Shown in pieces: positions 20,076 through 29,166 of a stretch of DNA of 31,195 nt (its first letter is position 1; every line of letters begins with the position of its first letter). The stretch is from positions 21,921-53,115 of the forward strand of contig PMWA01000028.1 in the NCBI GenBank assembly GCA_003166335.1. The letters are read 5' to 3'. A program made the translations under genes and the position numbers. Source of the DNA: Methanobacterium sp. Lineage in GTDB: Archaea > Methanobacteriota > Methanobacteria > Methanobacteriales > Methanobacteriaceae. The notes beneath the pieces are model-generated. The model saw only the letters and a list, made by a program, of their open reading frames with translations, ran no database searches and was not told the origin of the DNA.

Positions 20076-21080
20076 ATGCACTATAAAATGTATGAGGAGA
20101 TGATGCAGCAACCCCAATCCCTACTGGATACCTTAAAAGCTGAAAAATCTCATCTAATAGAAATAGCGGACAAATTTAAAGAATTTGAACGCATCTACCT
20201 AGTGGGTTGTGGAAGTTCCTTATCCACCTGTTATTCAGTTAAAGATGCCTTAGGAATTCTCTCAGATAAAGTAGTAGAAGTTTACACGGGATATGAATTC
20301 TACTATCATAAAAATCTAGAAAATGAAGATGCAGGAGTAATTTTAACCAGTCAATCAGGTGAAACCGCTGATACTTTAGCAGCGCTTAGAAGATCCAAGG
20401 AACAAGGTTTATACACGGTTTCCATCACCAATGAAATTGAAAGCACTATGATGAAAGAAGCAGATGACACTGTAATTACCAGATGCGGTAAAGAAACCGC
20501 TATACTAGGAACTAAAACTTATATGACTCAATTATTAAGCTTATATCAAATATTATTCAGATTAGATGATTCACACGAGTTTCAGGATGTTATAAATGAT
20601 TTAAATAAATTACCAAAAATTAGTCAAAGTATAATTAAAGATACAGAAGAGGCTAACCGGATTCATGCTGATAAATTTAAAGATTTTGATTTTTATTATT
20701 GTATTGGTAGCGGTCCTAATTACGGATTAGCTTATAAATTAGCTATGACTATGTTCATGGAAGGTGCACTTAAAAACGCCTGTCCATTGTATTCCGGGGA
20801 GTTTCGTCATGGTTTAATTGAAAGAGCAGAAGAAAATGTACCGTTAATATTTTTAGATGCAAATTATCCAGGTGATGAGTTAACTCAGAAATCATTAGAC
20901 TTCTCCGAGAAAATAGGTGCAAATAGTCTTATATATAAAATGCAGGATTACTCAGATTTAAACTCATTATTATCTCCATTTATACTAGTAATTCCACTTG
21001 AATGGTTCATATATTACTTAGCCCACTATAATGGAGAAGATCCCGGCAGCACTAGACATATTGGTAAAGTAAGATACTAA
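20076..21080 (+). CDS. Double-SIS-domain sugar-phosphate isomerase/deglycase (FrlB/GlmS-C-like, no glutaminase domain)
   Basis: Motifs M..E...[34 protein letters not shown] and C-terminal [10 protein letters not shown]. Starts at ATG 20076 (or GTG 20067) directly after the ThiN-HIT stop. Confidence 0.85.
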   Translation: MHYKMYEEMMQQPQSLLDTLKAEKSHLIEIADKFKEFERIYLVGCGSSLSTCYSVKDALGILSDKVVEVYTGYEFYYHKNLENEDAGVILTSQSGETADTLAALRRSKEQGLYTVSITNEIESTMMKEADDTVITRCGKETAILGTKTYMTQLLSLYQILFRLDDSHEFQDVINDLNKLPKISQSIIKDTEEANRIHADKFKDFDFYYCIGSGPNYGLAYKLAMTMFMEGALKNACPLYSGEFRHGLIERAEENVPLIFLDANYPGDELTQKSLDFSEKIGANSLIYKMQDYSDLNSLLSPFILVIPLEWFIYYLAHYNGEDPGSTRHIGKVRY

Positions 21081-21118
21081 AAAAAAGAAAAAACAATTAT
21101 TTATTTTATTTTTATAAT

Positions 21119-21550
21119 TTAATCAATGTTAACCGTAGAAGAATTCATCTTCTCTATTTTAGGCAGCATTACTATAAGCACTCCATTTTCAAAGGCAGCC
21201 GCCGTTTCATCTATTCTGATTTTAGCTGGAAGAGATATTACTCTACGTACTTCACCCTGTTTCCGCTCCCTTTTAACATAATTAACATTCTCCGGTACTA
21301 TTCCCTCGTCAAATAAGGCCACGACATCCAATGCATCCTCACTAACATTAATTGTTACATTCTCCTTTTTAACACCGGGGAGGTCAATTTTAACGGTTAC
21401 ATCATTAAATCCTTCCATAACATCTATTAAAGGATTATTGTAACCGCCGGATGTGTAACTAGTTAATGTTTTCTCTAATTCACCTTGAGATTCACGAATC
21501 GTATTCACAACATCATTAATCATTTGTTCTGCCATATTTCTGTTTGCCAT
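21119..21550 (-). CDS. Small heat-shock protein (Hsp20/alpha-crystallin)
   Basis: Motifs [19 protein letters not shown]...R.I.LP and A.FENGVL.V.LPK. GGAGG SD inside the upstream gene favours ATG 21550. Confidence 0.92.
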   Translation of the reverse strand: MANRNMAEQMINDVVNTIRESQGELEKTLTSYTSGGYNNPLIDVMEGFNDVTVKIDLPGVKKENVTINVSEDALDVVALFDEGIVPENVNYVKRERKQGEVRRVISLPAKIRIDETAAAFENGVLIVMLPKIEKMNSSTVNID

Positions 21551-22526
21551 CTCCAAATTCCTCCAATTTATCTAATACTTGTGAAATTCCTTTACCTTCA
21601 GAAGCTTCAACCTTTAATGCTCCCTCTACTTTATCTATATATTTATTCAAATAATTAATATTTTCTACCAAATCAATCTTGTTAAAAATACAAATCACTG
21701 GCGTATCAAAAATCTGTTTAATCTCCTCTAAAAGCTTAAACTGACTATCCATAAAATAACCTGAAGTTTCAGATACATCAAAAATAAAGAAAATCACATC
21801 AGCTAAATGCTCTAATGCCACCATAGCATTAAGTTCAATCTCATTCATATCCCTAATAGGCCGATCCAGCAATCCAGGAGTATCAATAATCTGATATTTC
21901 TTCCACTTACGCTCTAAATGACCAATCTGAATACCAGTCGTAGTGAAAGGATAATCCGCAACCTTAGGCTCTGCAGTAGTCATCTTCCGCAGCAAAGTAG
22001 ATTTTCCAACATTAGGAAAACCCGCTATAACAGCAGTGATCGCTTCAAAATCAATGGTTGGCATATTCCTCAACCGAGCCTTAGCATAATCCAAGAAAGT
22101 TAATTCATCACGAATACGATTCATAATCGATGATATCCGTCCAAAAGCTTCCCTTCGAATACTAGCAGCATTCTCAGATTTAGATCTTCTAATCTTATGA
22201 ACATACTGATTTTCAATTTTAGAGAGGAGAGCCACAGCCCAGTTTAAAGCACCTAATGATTTTTTAAGCTTATCCACCCCTACCACTACATCAATATAAT
22301 CCTGATAAAACATGGGTAACTCCTCTATTTTAGGAGTCTTATCCAAGATGCTTTTAAAACTCGCTTCTATAACTTGACAGGCGGTCTTCACCCGTGCCTC
22401 CTCAACTCTTTTTCCTTTCATTTGCCGAGGTATCTTAGACGTCCTCGTCTTACTTGCAGCTTTCTTAGCCCGACTAAAAGCCTTATCCAAGGCTTCCTCA
22501 GGAGTGGGTATTGTTGGTAAAAACAT
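21516..22526 (-). CDS. NOG1 family GTP-binding protein
   Basis: N-terminal helical NOG1 domain (PT..E.LDKAF.RA). G1 GFPNVGKS, G2 YPFTT, G3 DTPGLLDR, G4 NKID. Confidence 0.93.
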   Translation of the reverse strand: MFLPTIPTPEEALDKAFSRAKKAASKTRTSKIPRQMKGKRVEEARVKTACQVIEASFKSILDKTPKIEELPMFYQDYIDVVVGVDKLKKSLGALNWAVALLSKIENQYVHKIRRSKSENAASIRREAFGRISSIMNRIRDELTFLDYAKARLRNMPTIDFEAITAVIAGFPNVGKSTLLRKMTTAEPKVADYPFTTTGIQIGHLERKWKKYQIIDTPGLLDRPIRDMNEIELNAMVALEHLADVIFFIFDVSETSGYFMDSQFKLLEEIKQIFDTPVICIFNKIDLVENINYLNKYIDKVEGALKVEASEGKGISQVLDKLEEFGDGKQKYGRTND

Positions 22527-22809
22527 GATAAATCAACTCTTTAAAATTTTTTTTATAAAATAGAATTGTTGAAATTTTAATATCTTAATGTTTAACTATT
22601 TAGAACTCTCCAAAAATAAAATTATACTATTTATGCACTAATTTTTCACTTAATAATCCTATTTTATTATTAACTTTACTAAAATAAATTTATAATTTAC
22701 AAATATTAAAATTAATTAATTTGAAATTAAAAAAAATCAGGAGATTATAAAATAATAAAACCTTAACTATTGGTTTATTAATTAAAGTATAAAAAGATTT
22801 AAATAAAAA

Positions 22810-23373
22810 TTATTTTTCTTCGAAAATTTGACTCTTAAAACTATAAATCTTCACCTCAGGCTTCAACCAACAATCCGGTAAAAGCCCTGCTTTCATACAA
22901 GTATTCGAAAGAAACTCATCCACATCCCACTGCCACTCCAACGGCACCTGAGGAAGTAACAATCCACGATAATAACCCAACTCCACTATAAGACCATCCT
23001 CACCAACATTAATCTTCCCCGGATATTCAGAAGGCTTATCCACCTTTATAAGGTCAGGTTTAGTGAGTACACTAACCTCAACATCTATATCATTCAATTC
23101 ACTAACCATAACCGGGGGAAATCTGGGATCCTGAGTAGCAGCAGATATAGCCACCTCTATAACCGTTTTAATAAGTGATTTAACTGGTTCAGGATACCCT
23201 ATACAACCTCTAAGTTCACCATTACGATGAAGAGTTACAAAAGCACCCATATCCTCCTTTAAAGTATCCGGAGTATCATCAGGTGTACTTAAAATTTTCT
23301 CACTCCTTAAAAAAGTGGTTATCGATTCTCTGGCAACCTTAACTAAAAACATTCCTTCCTCATTGGATAACAT
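22810..23373 (-). CDS. AMMECR1 domain protein
   Basis: Motifs GAFVTL, LRGCIG, AA..DPRF.P, EVSVLT, GLLLPQV and C.KAGL. ATG at 23373 with GGAGGTG SD inside the tldD 3' end. Confidence 0.92.
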   Translation of the reverse strand: MLSNEEGMFLVKVARESITTFLRSEKILSTPDDTPDTLKEDMGAFVTLHRNGELRGCIGYPEPVKSLIKTVIEVAISAATQDPRFPPVMVSELNDIDVEVSVLTKPDLIKVDKPSEYPGKINVGEDGLIVELGYYRGLLLPQVPLEWQWDVDEFLSNTCMKAGLLPDCWLKPEVKIYSFKSQIFEEK

Positions 23374-23374
23374 T

Positions 23375-24766
23375 TTATGTTGCACCTCCTACTGTAGCTT
23401 CAGTTACTCTTACATGCGGACCGCCATCACCCACCGGCACAGTTTGCCCTCCTTTACCACAGAAACCCACACCCATCTCGAAATCAGATCCTACACCATC
23501 CACCTTCAATAACATCTCTAATATATTCCCTGATAATGAAACATCTCTTAAAGGTTCAGTTACTTCTCCATTACTTATTAGGAATGATTCAGCTGCATTA
23601 AATTGGAATACTCCCTTACCTGTATCAACCTGGCCTCCCCGTGAACCTCTAAGATAAATACCATCATTCATATCCTCTATAATCTCATCAAATTTAAGTT
23701 CACCCGGTTTAAGATACGTATTACTCATACGTACAATTGGTTGATCATCAACCGCCGATCTAGCGTTACCAGAAGGCTTAACATTTAACTGATAAGCATT
23801 TTCTCTGCTACTTAAAAGTGATGATAAAACACCATCCTTAACTAGAATATTCTCCCCTGTTTTCACTCCCTCTGAATCATAAGGATAATATCCAAAAGCA
23901 TCCATACTCGCATCATCAATAATCGTCACATTAGGAGAACCAATTGTGGACCCCATTTTATCTTTAAGTATGGAGTCATTCTGTAATATTAAATCCGCCT
24001 CAGCGGCATGACCTAAAGCTTCATGAATAAATACCCCGGTAAGATCAGGATCCATAATAACCGGAAACCTACCGGATGGAGGTAATTCAGCTTTAAGAAG
24101 TCTTAACGCCTTCTCAGCAGGTGATCTTCCAAACTTCTCTAAATCCGCTTTTTTAATTACTTCAAATCCAGCTGCACCGCCAATACTTTTATGTCCAAAC
24201 TGTATAACACCCTCAGATGCAGCCACTGCATTTATAAACATTGCCACTCTACTATCTTCAACTTGAAGACGACTACCCTCCGAATTTATAAACGTGTTAA
24301 CTCCTTCTTGATCTACATAATTTACAGTAGTGCTTACAATACCATCTAAACGCGCTGCATTCTCCGCTTCAGTAATCACTTCCTTTTTCTCATCCATGGA
24401 TACATTGGAAGGTCTTAATTTAGCTTTAGTTTTAACTTGATCATTTGTAACTTGCACATCAGCCAGTTTAACATCACTTTTCAACATTTTAGCGAGTTTC
24501 AAAGCTGATTGAGCTGCATCCTCTAATTTTGAGAGTTGATTTGTGAAACTGAATCCCCAAGCACCATTCTTCAAAATCCGTACAGAACCACCCAAATCAT
24601 TACCTGATCTGACTTCCTGTACTTTACTATCCTTCATAACAATTATATTATTTGAACTCTCATTAATCCGTATATCCACGTAATCAGCTTCAGCATTCAC
24701 AGAATTAATGATTTTCTCAATCATATCAAAATCTATTGGATATCCAGTTTTATATGCCATATTCAT
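23375..24766 (-). CDS. tldD: TldD/PmbA family metalloprotease, TldD type
   Basis: HEALGH (HExxxH) plus the C-terminal CGKGGQ..PVG.GGP motif, D.EG, GNAR and RMSNT. AGGAGG SD. Confidence 0.88.
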   Translation of the reverse strand: MNMAYKTGYPIDFDMIEKIINSVNAEADYVDIRINESSNNIIVMKDSKVQEVRSGNDLGGSVRILKNGAWGFSFTNQLSKLEDAAQSALKLAKMLKSDVKLADVQVTNDQVKTKAKLRPSNVSMDEKKEVITEAENAARLDGIVSTTVNYVDQEGVNTFINSEGSRLQVEDSRVAMFINAVAASEGVIQFGHKSIGGAAGFEVIKKADLEKFGRSPAEKALRLLKAELPPSGRFPVIMDPDLTGVFIHEALGHAAEADLILQNDSILKDKMGSTIGSPNVTIIDDASMDAFGYYPYDSEGVKTGENILVKDGVLSSLLSSRENAYQLNVKPSGNARSAVDDQPIVRMSNTYLKPGELKFDEIIEDMNDGIYLRGSRGGQVDTGKGVFQFNAAESFLISNGEVTEPLRDVSLSGNILEMLLKVDGVGSDFEMGVGFCGKGGQTVPVGDGGPHVRVTEATVGGAT

Positions 24767-24939
24767 GTAATCCTCCTTTTTTAATACCCGATATTTATAT
24801 TCCTTTAAATTTTTTTAAAAGGATAAATTTTTTTTTAAGTAATATAGAATATTTTTAATTTAACGAAAAAAATAATACTTTATAATCAGATATTTATTAA
24901 AAAAATGGTTAACTCCACAGAATATTCATTTTAAATAAT

Positions 24940-25236
24940 TTATTTAGTGATTTTATAACGTTTCTCAAATTTCTTCCAAGAGTCAGTCATTGAAGATTGA
25001 GCATTTTCTAATTGATTTAAAATAATTTTTCGAATAGTAGTTGACTCAATTTCATTTTTTTCATCTATTTCTTCAACTATACCCTTAGTTACTTCATCTA
25101 CTAAATTTAAATCACCCATACCCTCGTAATTATAACCAGCATCTAAAGCTGCTTTCTGAATGGATCTATTCACCTTCTCCGGATCATAAGGTTCAGTATA
25201 ACCGTTTCTCTTCTTAACTTTTACAACCTTAGTCAT
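24940..25236 (-). CDS. Stand-alone ATP-cone domain protein
   Basis: Motif VKKRNG..EPYD.EKV..SI.KA...I.S..IR..I...L in a 98-aa protein. Confidence 0.85.
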   Translation of the reverse strand: MTKVVKVKKRNGYTEPYDPEKVNRSIQKAALDAGYNYEGMGDLNLVDEVTKGIVEEIDEKNEIESTTIRKIILNQLENAQSSMTDSWKKFEKRYKITK

Positions 25237-25690
25237 TTTTTTTTAGGCTCCATCTTCCAGATTTTAAATATTAAAGAGAATTAAATTCAAAAATTTTTTT
25301 TTGTTAATATATTTTTTTTATTTAAGATGATTAATATAATTTATGATTAAAATAAGGGTTAAAAAAAGGGATTTCATTGTTTTATAGTTTAATAATACTA
25401 TTTTAATAGGAAATTAATGTTTAAAACTCTATTATATTAAATTTTAATCTCTCTAAAAAATTCGATGCAAAAAAAATATATGTTCTTTGAGAATGAAGTA
25501 AAAAAAACATTTTAAATACTATTTCTTCCACTTTACTCAAATTTATTATTTTAATAAATAATAATACTATTAAAAAATAATTAAGGTGCAGTTAAGGAAC
25601 ATGTTAGGATTTCCAAAACCAAATATAAACTCGTATTTATCCAAATAAAGACTTATACTATACATTTATTAATTATTTTTTTATTTTCAT

Positions 25691-26448
25691 TTATAGTGAA
25701 GACATAAACCAATATATAAAGCAGTCAAAGTGAATAACCATTATACAAAACGGAGCAATAGCAGAACCATAATTATTAACAGGATCTATAACTTCTTTAT
25801 TCAATTTAACAGGATTCACAGACGAATCATTCTGATCACTAGTTAATGATATTAACCCATTCATATTACTACCACTAGTTGAAGAGGTTAAATTAATTTT
25901 CGCCTGATCCACCTCTGAATTAATACCAGCCAACATATCATCTGCCGTGACATTAGTAAGCCTCGGAGCAATCGGATTCAATTTATCATTAACAATATAC
26001 TCAATTTCCGCTTGCCGTGGATCAATTGTTTCAAATGATAGTAAATTTTCAGTGAAATTACTGGGAATTATAAATTCTGCATAATACTCACCCGTTCTAA
26101 CCCCATAATTTGCAGTGTTTTAATTAACAAACTACCAATTAAAATCTGTATTATTCGCTGCTAATTCATTAGATAAATTTTTTCCAAAATTATAATCCAC
26201 TCCTCCTGAAGTGTAACCTAAATCATTATCAACTACAGCTACTTTCATATTAGAAGTTTCATTATAAGGATTCCAAACTGCACTAATATTCACTAATGAA
26301 TAAAGCGACGGTAAACAAATAATTATAATTAAAGCAATCATACTACGAGATTGCTAATAATCGTTTTAATATCATTTCTAAAAATTTCAGTTATTCCTTT
26401 ATCATGTTCTTTAAACCCATAAGCATGATTATTAAAATGTTTTTTCAT
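25691..26448 (-). pseudogene. YhgE/Pip family membrane protein pseudogene
   Basis: Reads IFRNDIK.I, then a frameshift at ~26340, then LPSLY...NI.A.WNPY..T.N.KVAVV.ND.G. In-frame TAG at 26134-26132 and TAA at 26122-26120. Continues G.YYA...IP.NF....L and N.K.N.IAP, then jumps to the C-terminal NYGSA.APF motif, implying a large internal deletion. Confidence 0.88.
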
Positions 26449-26450
26449 AG

Positions 26451-26538
26451 TGGTAGTTAAATTCATAACTACCAATCTAATTATGAAATTAACCATCATA
26501 TAAATGTAACTATTCAGTAGTTGGATCATGAACTACCA
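26451..26538. promoter_or_regulatory. Paired palindromic operator sites GTAGTT-N8-AACTAC flanking a TATA box of the yhgE/pip pseudogene
   Basis: Perfect inverted repeat TGGTAGTTA-N6-TAACTACCA at 26451-26474 and second site GTAGTT-N8-AACTAC at 26517-26536. Minus-strand TTTATATG lies between them at ~26497-26504. Confidence 0.6.
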
Positions 26539-26794
26539 ATCTAAAACCCTTTGTACAAATCCATAAATAAATTTATCCATATATTACTCAAAAATATTAC
26601 AAGAATATTTATAGTTCAATCAACAAAGTAACTCCAAGTATTATAATCAGATAATTAATAAAATCAATTCTTACACCCCAAAAAAGATAAATGAATATCT
26701 ATACTGCAATCCACAGCCTAAATGATGAGTATAGATTTTCAAGATATGAAAATTTTTTTAGTTAAAAGACTTAGTAAAAAGGAGAATAAAAAAT

Positions 26795-28699
26795 ATGAAT
26801 ACAAAAAATACTAAGGATGCAACTGAAATAACGGTAAAAAAAAATACCCAGGTACTTAAAGAACTTCCCTTCACCAACCAACAGGATTTCGAGGATGCCC
26901 AACGCGGTTTTATCGCACCATTACCCAATAATAGCGTCATCAAGAACTCCAAAGGCGAACCTGTCTGGGATATGGAAAGATTCTCATTCATCAAACAAGA
27001 CGCACCGGACACGGTAAATCCCAGCCTTTGGCGCCAATCCAAACTTCTTATGCAAGGAGGTCTCTATAAAGTGGTTGATGGTCTTTATCAGGTTCGAAAC
27101 GCCGATATATCAAACATGGTCATAATCGAAGGTGAAGACGGAATCATTATCGCCGACCCTCTTGTTTCTGAAGAAGTGGCTAGCGCTGCCCTAGCACTTT
27201 ACTACCATAACCGGCCTAAGAAGCCTGTAGTCGCGGTTATACACTCCCACAGTCATGTTGACCATTGGGGTGGTGTTAAAGGAGTAATCTCCGAAGAAGA
27301 TGTTAAAACAGGCAAGGTCAAGATCTATGCTCCCGAAGGATTCCTAGAAGCCACGATATCAGAAAACGTTCTAGCAGGCAATGCTATGAACCGTCGTGCC
27401 CAGTACATGTACGGCAGCCTACTACCTCCCAGTCCCAATGGACAGGTGGGTGCAGGTCTGGGAATGACCGCATCATCAGGTAACATAACCCTAATCCCAC
27501 CCACCAACCTTATAACCAAAACCGGGCAGAAGGAGAACATTGCCGGCCTGGATTTCGAATTCCTGTTAGCACCTGACACTGAAGCCCCTGCAGAGATGCA
27601 CTGGTATATTGAGCAGCTCAAAGCCGTTACCGCAGCCGAAAACTGCGTTCACACCATGCACAACACCTACACACTTAGAAGTGCCAAAATCAGAGACCCA
27701 TTAGCATGGTCTAAATACTTAGATGAAACCATGGTTATGTGGGGTGATAAGACAGAAGTTATGTATGGTTTCCACCATTGGCCAGTGTGGGGTAAAAATC
27801 GCGTACTCGAAATGCTTAAGACGGCTCGCGACGGTTATCGCTATATAAACGATCAGACTTTGCGATTAGCTAACCACGGCTACACTATGTTGGAAATAGG
27901 CGAAATGATAAAGTTACCCCGGGAATTAGCTCAGCACTGGTCTATCCGACCCTATTACGGTAGTATGAGCCATAATGCTAAAGCTACTTATGTTAAATAT
28001 TTAGGTTGGTTCGACGCAAATCCTGCGAATCTGAATGTTCTGCCGCCGGTGGAGGCTAGCAAGAAGTATGTGGAGTTCATGGGCGGGGCAGACGCGACTC
28101 TTGAAAAAGCCAGAATTGCTTATGAAAAAGGTGAATATCGTTGGGTGGCTGAAGTGGTGAACCATGTGGTTTTTGCTGACCCTAAAAATAAAGCTGCACG
28201 AGAACTTCAAGCTGACGTACTAGAACAGCTCGGATACCAAGCAGAGAACGGGACCTGGCGTAACTTTTACCTTACCGGTGCACATGAACTGCGAAATGGA
28301 GTAAATCCAATTCAAGTTCCCAGTACTACCACCCCAGATTCCATAAGAGCCATGACCCTAGATATGTTCTTCGATTATCTGGGCGTGCGCTTAAATGGCC
28401 CTAAGGCAGCAGACAAGAAGATCACCATGAATTTCGAATTCCCAGACACTAAGGAAAAGTACGTCCTCAGCTTGAGGAACGGTGTTTTAAACCATAGATC
28501 ACATATCCAGGATGCTGATGCGGACGCTTCCATAATCATAAACCGAGTTGTGTTGAATAGATGGATTTTGGGCGAAACTACCATTGACCAAGAGATCAAA
28601 TCCGGTGCCGTTAAGATCCAAGGTAAAATAGAATTATTAAGCGAACTAATAACCTTAATGGACACTTTTGACGTGTGGTTCAACATTGTAACTCCTTAA
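26795..28699 (+). CDS. Alkyl/aryl sulfatase (SdsA1/Pisa1/YjcS type): MBL domain, dimerisation domain and SCP2-like domain
   Basis: Motifs DFEDAQRGFIA, TVNPSLWRQ, HSHVDH (HxHxDH), EAPAEM, HN.YTLR, HHWP, GWFD.NPANL and WRNFYLTGA.EL. AGGAG SD. No signal peptide. Confidence 0.93.
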   Translation: MNTKNTKDATEITVKKNTQVLKELPFTNQQDFEDAQRGFIAPLPNNSVIKNSKGEPVWDMERFSFIKQDAPDTVNPSLWRQSKLLMQGGLYKVVDGLYQVRNADISNMVIIEGEDGIIIADPLVSEEVASAALALYYHNRPKKPVVAVIHSHSHVDHWGGVKGVISEEDVKTGKVKIYAPEGFLEATISENVLAGNAMNRRAQYMYGSLLPPSPNGQVGAGLGMTASSGNITLIPPTNLITKTGQKENIAGLDFEFLLAPDTEAPAEMHWYIEQLKAVTAAENCVHTMHNTYTLRSAKIRDPLAWSKYLDETMVMWGDKTEVMYGFHHWPVWGKNRVLEMLKTARDGYRYINDQTLRLANHGYTMLEIGEMIKLPRELAQHWSIRPYYGSMSHNAKATYVKYLGWFDANPANLNVLPPVEASKKYVEFMGGADATLEKARIAYEKGEYRWVAEVVNHVVFADPKNKAARELQADVLEQLGYQAENGTWRNFYLTGAHELRNGVNPIQVPSTTTPDSIRAMTLDMFFDYLGVRLNGPKAADKKITMNFEFPDTKEKYVLSLRNGVLNHRSHIQDADADASIIINRVVLNRWILGETTIDQEIKSGAVKIQGKIELLSELITLMDTFDVWFNIVTP

Positions 28700-29166
28700 A
28701 GAATGTATTCATGAAAACTAACCCCTTCACAAAACTTTTTTGCATCAGGTACAATCCACCGTAAAACGACACTCTGCTGCAGATCAAAAAATATTTACTT
28801 GAAATTTCAAAAATCTTCAGTAATCCTCTTGAACATAGAATTATAAATTCAGAAACTAAATTTTTTTTATAAATTTTTTTTATAAAATTTGAAAACTAAT
28901 TATTTCCATCTTTGATAAAAAAAAATATAAATCTACTGAATTAATTGAAATTTATACATTTCTAAATGACATTTTTTTTTAAAATAATTGCTTTAATTCA
29001 TGTAAATAATATTTGTAAGCATTATATCCTGGATTTATATCTAAATATCTAGATAAATTGTATTTAATTAATTTTTGATAAAAAAATTAATAAATAAGAT
29101 ATTCAACATAAAAGATATATTACAAAATTAAAAATCTTCGTATTGAATACTTCAGTGTGGTTTAAT

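Noticed and set aside
26132..26134. Pyrrolysine or read-through interpretation of the in-frame TAG in yhgE/pip
   Set aside because: A TAA four codons later, a frameshift and deletions show ordinary decay. Methanobacteriales are not known to use pyrrolysine.
28700..28850. Possible IS end or gene remnant after the sulfatase
   Set aside because: No terminal inverted repeats, target duplication or recognisable translation.
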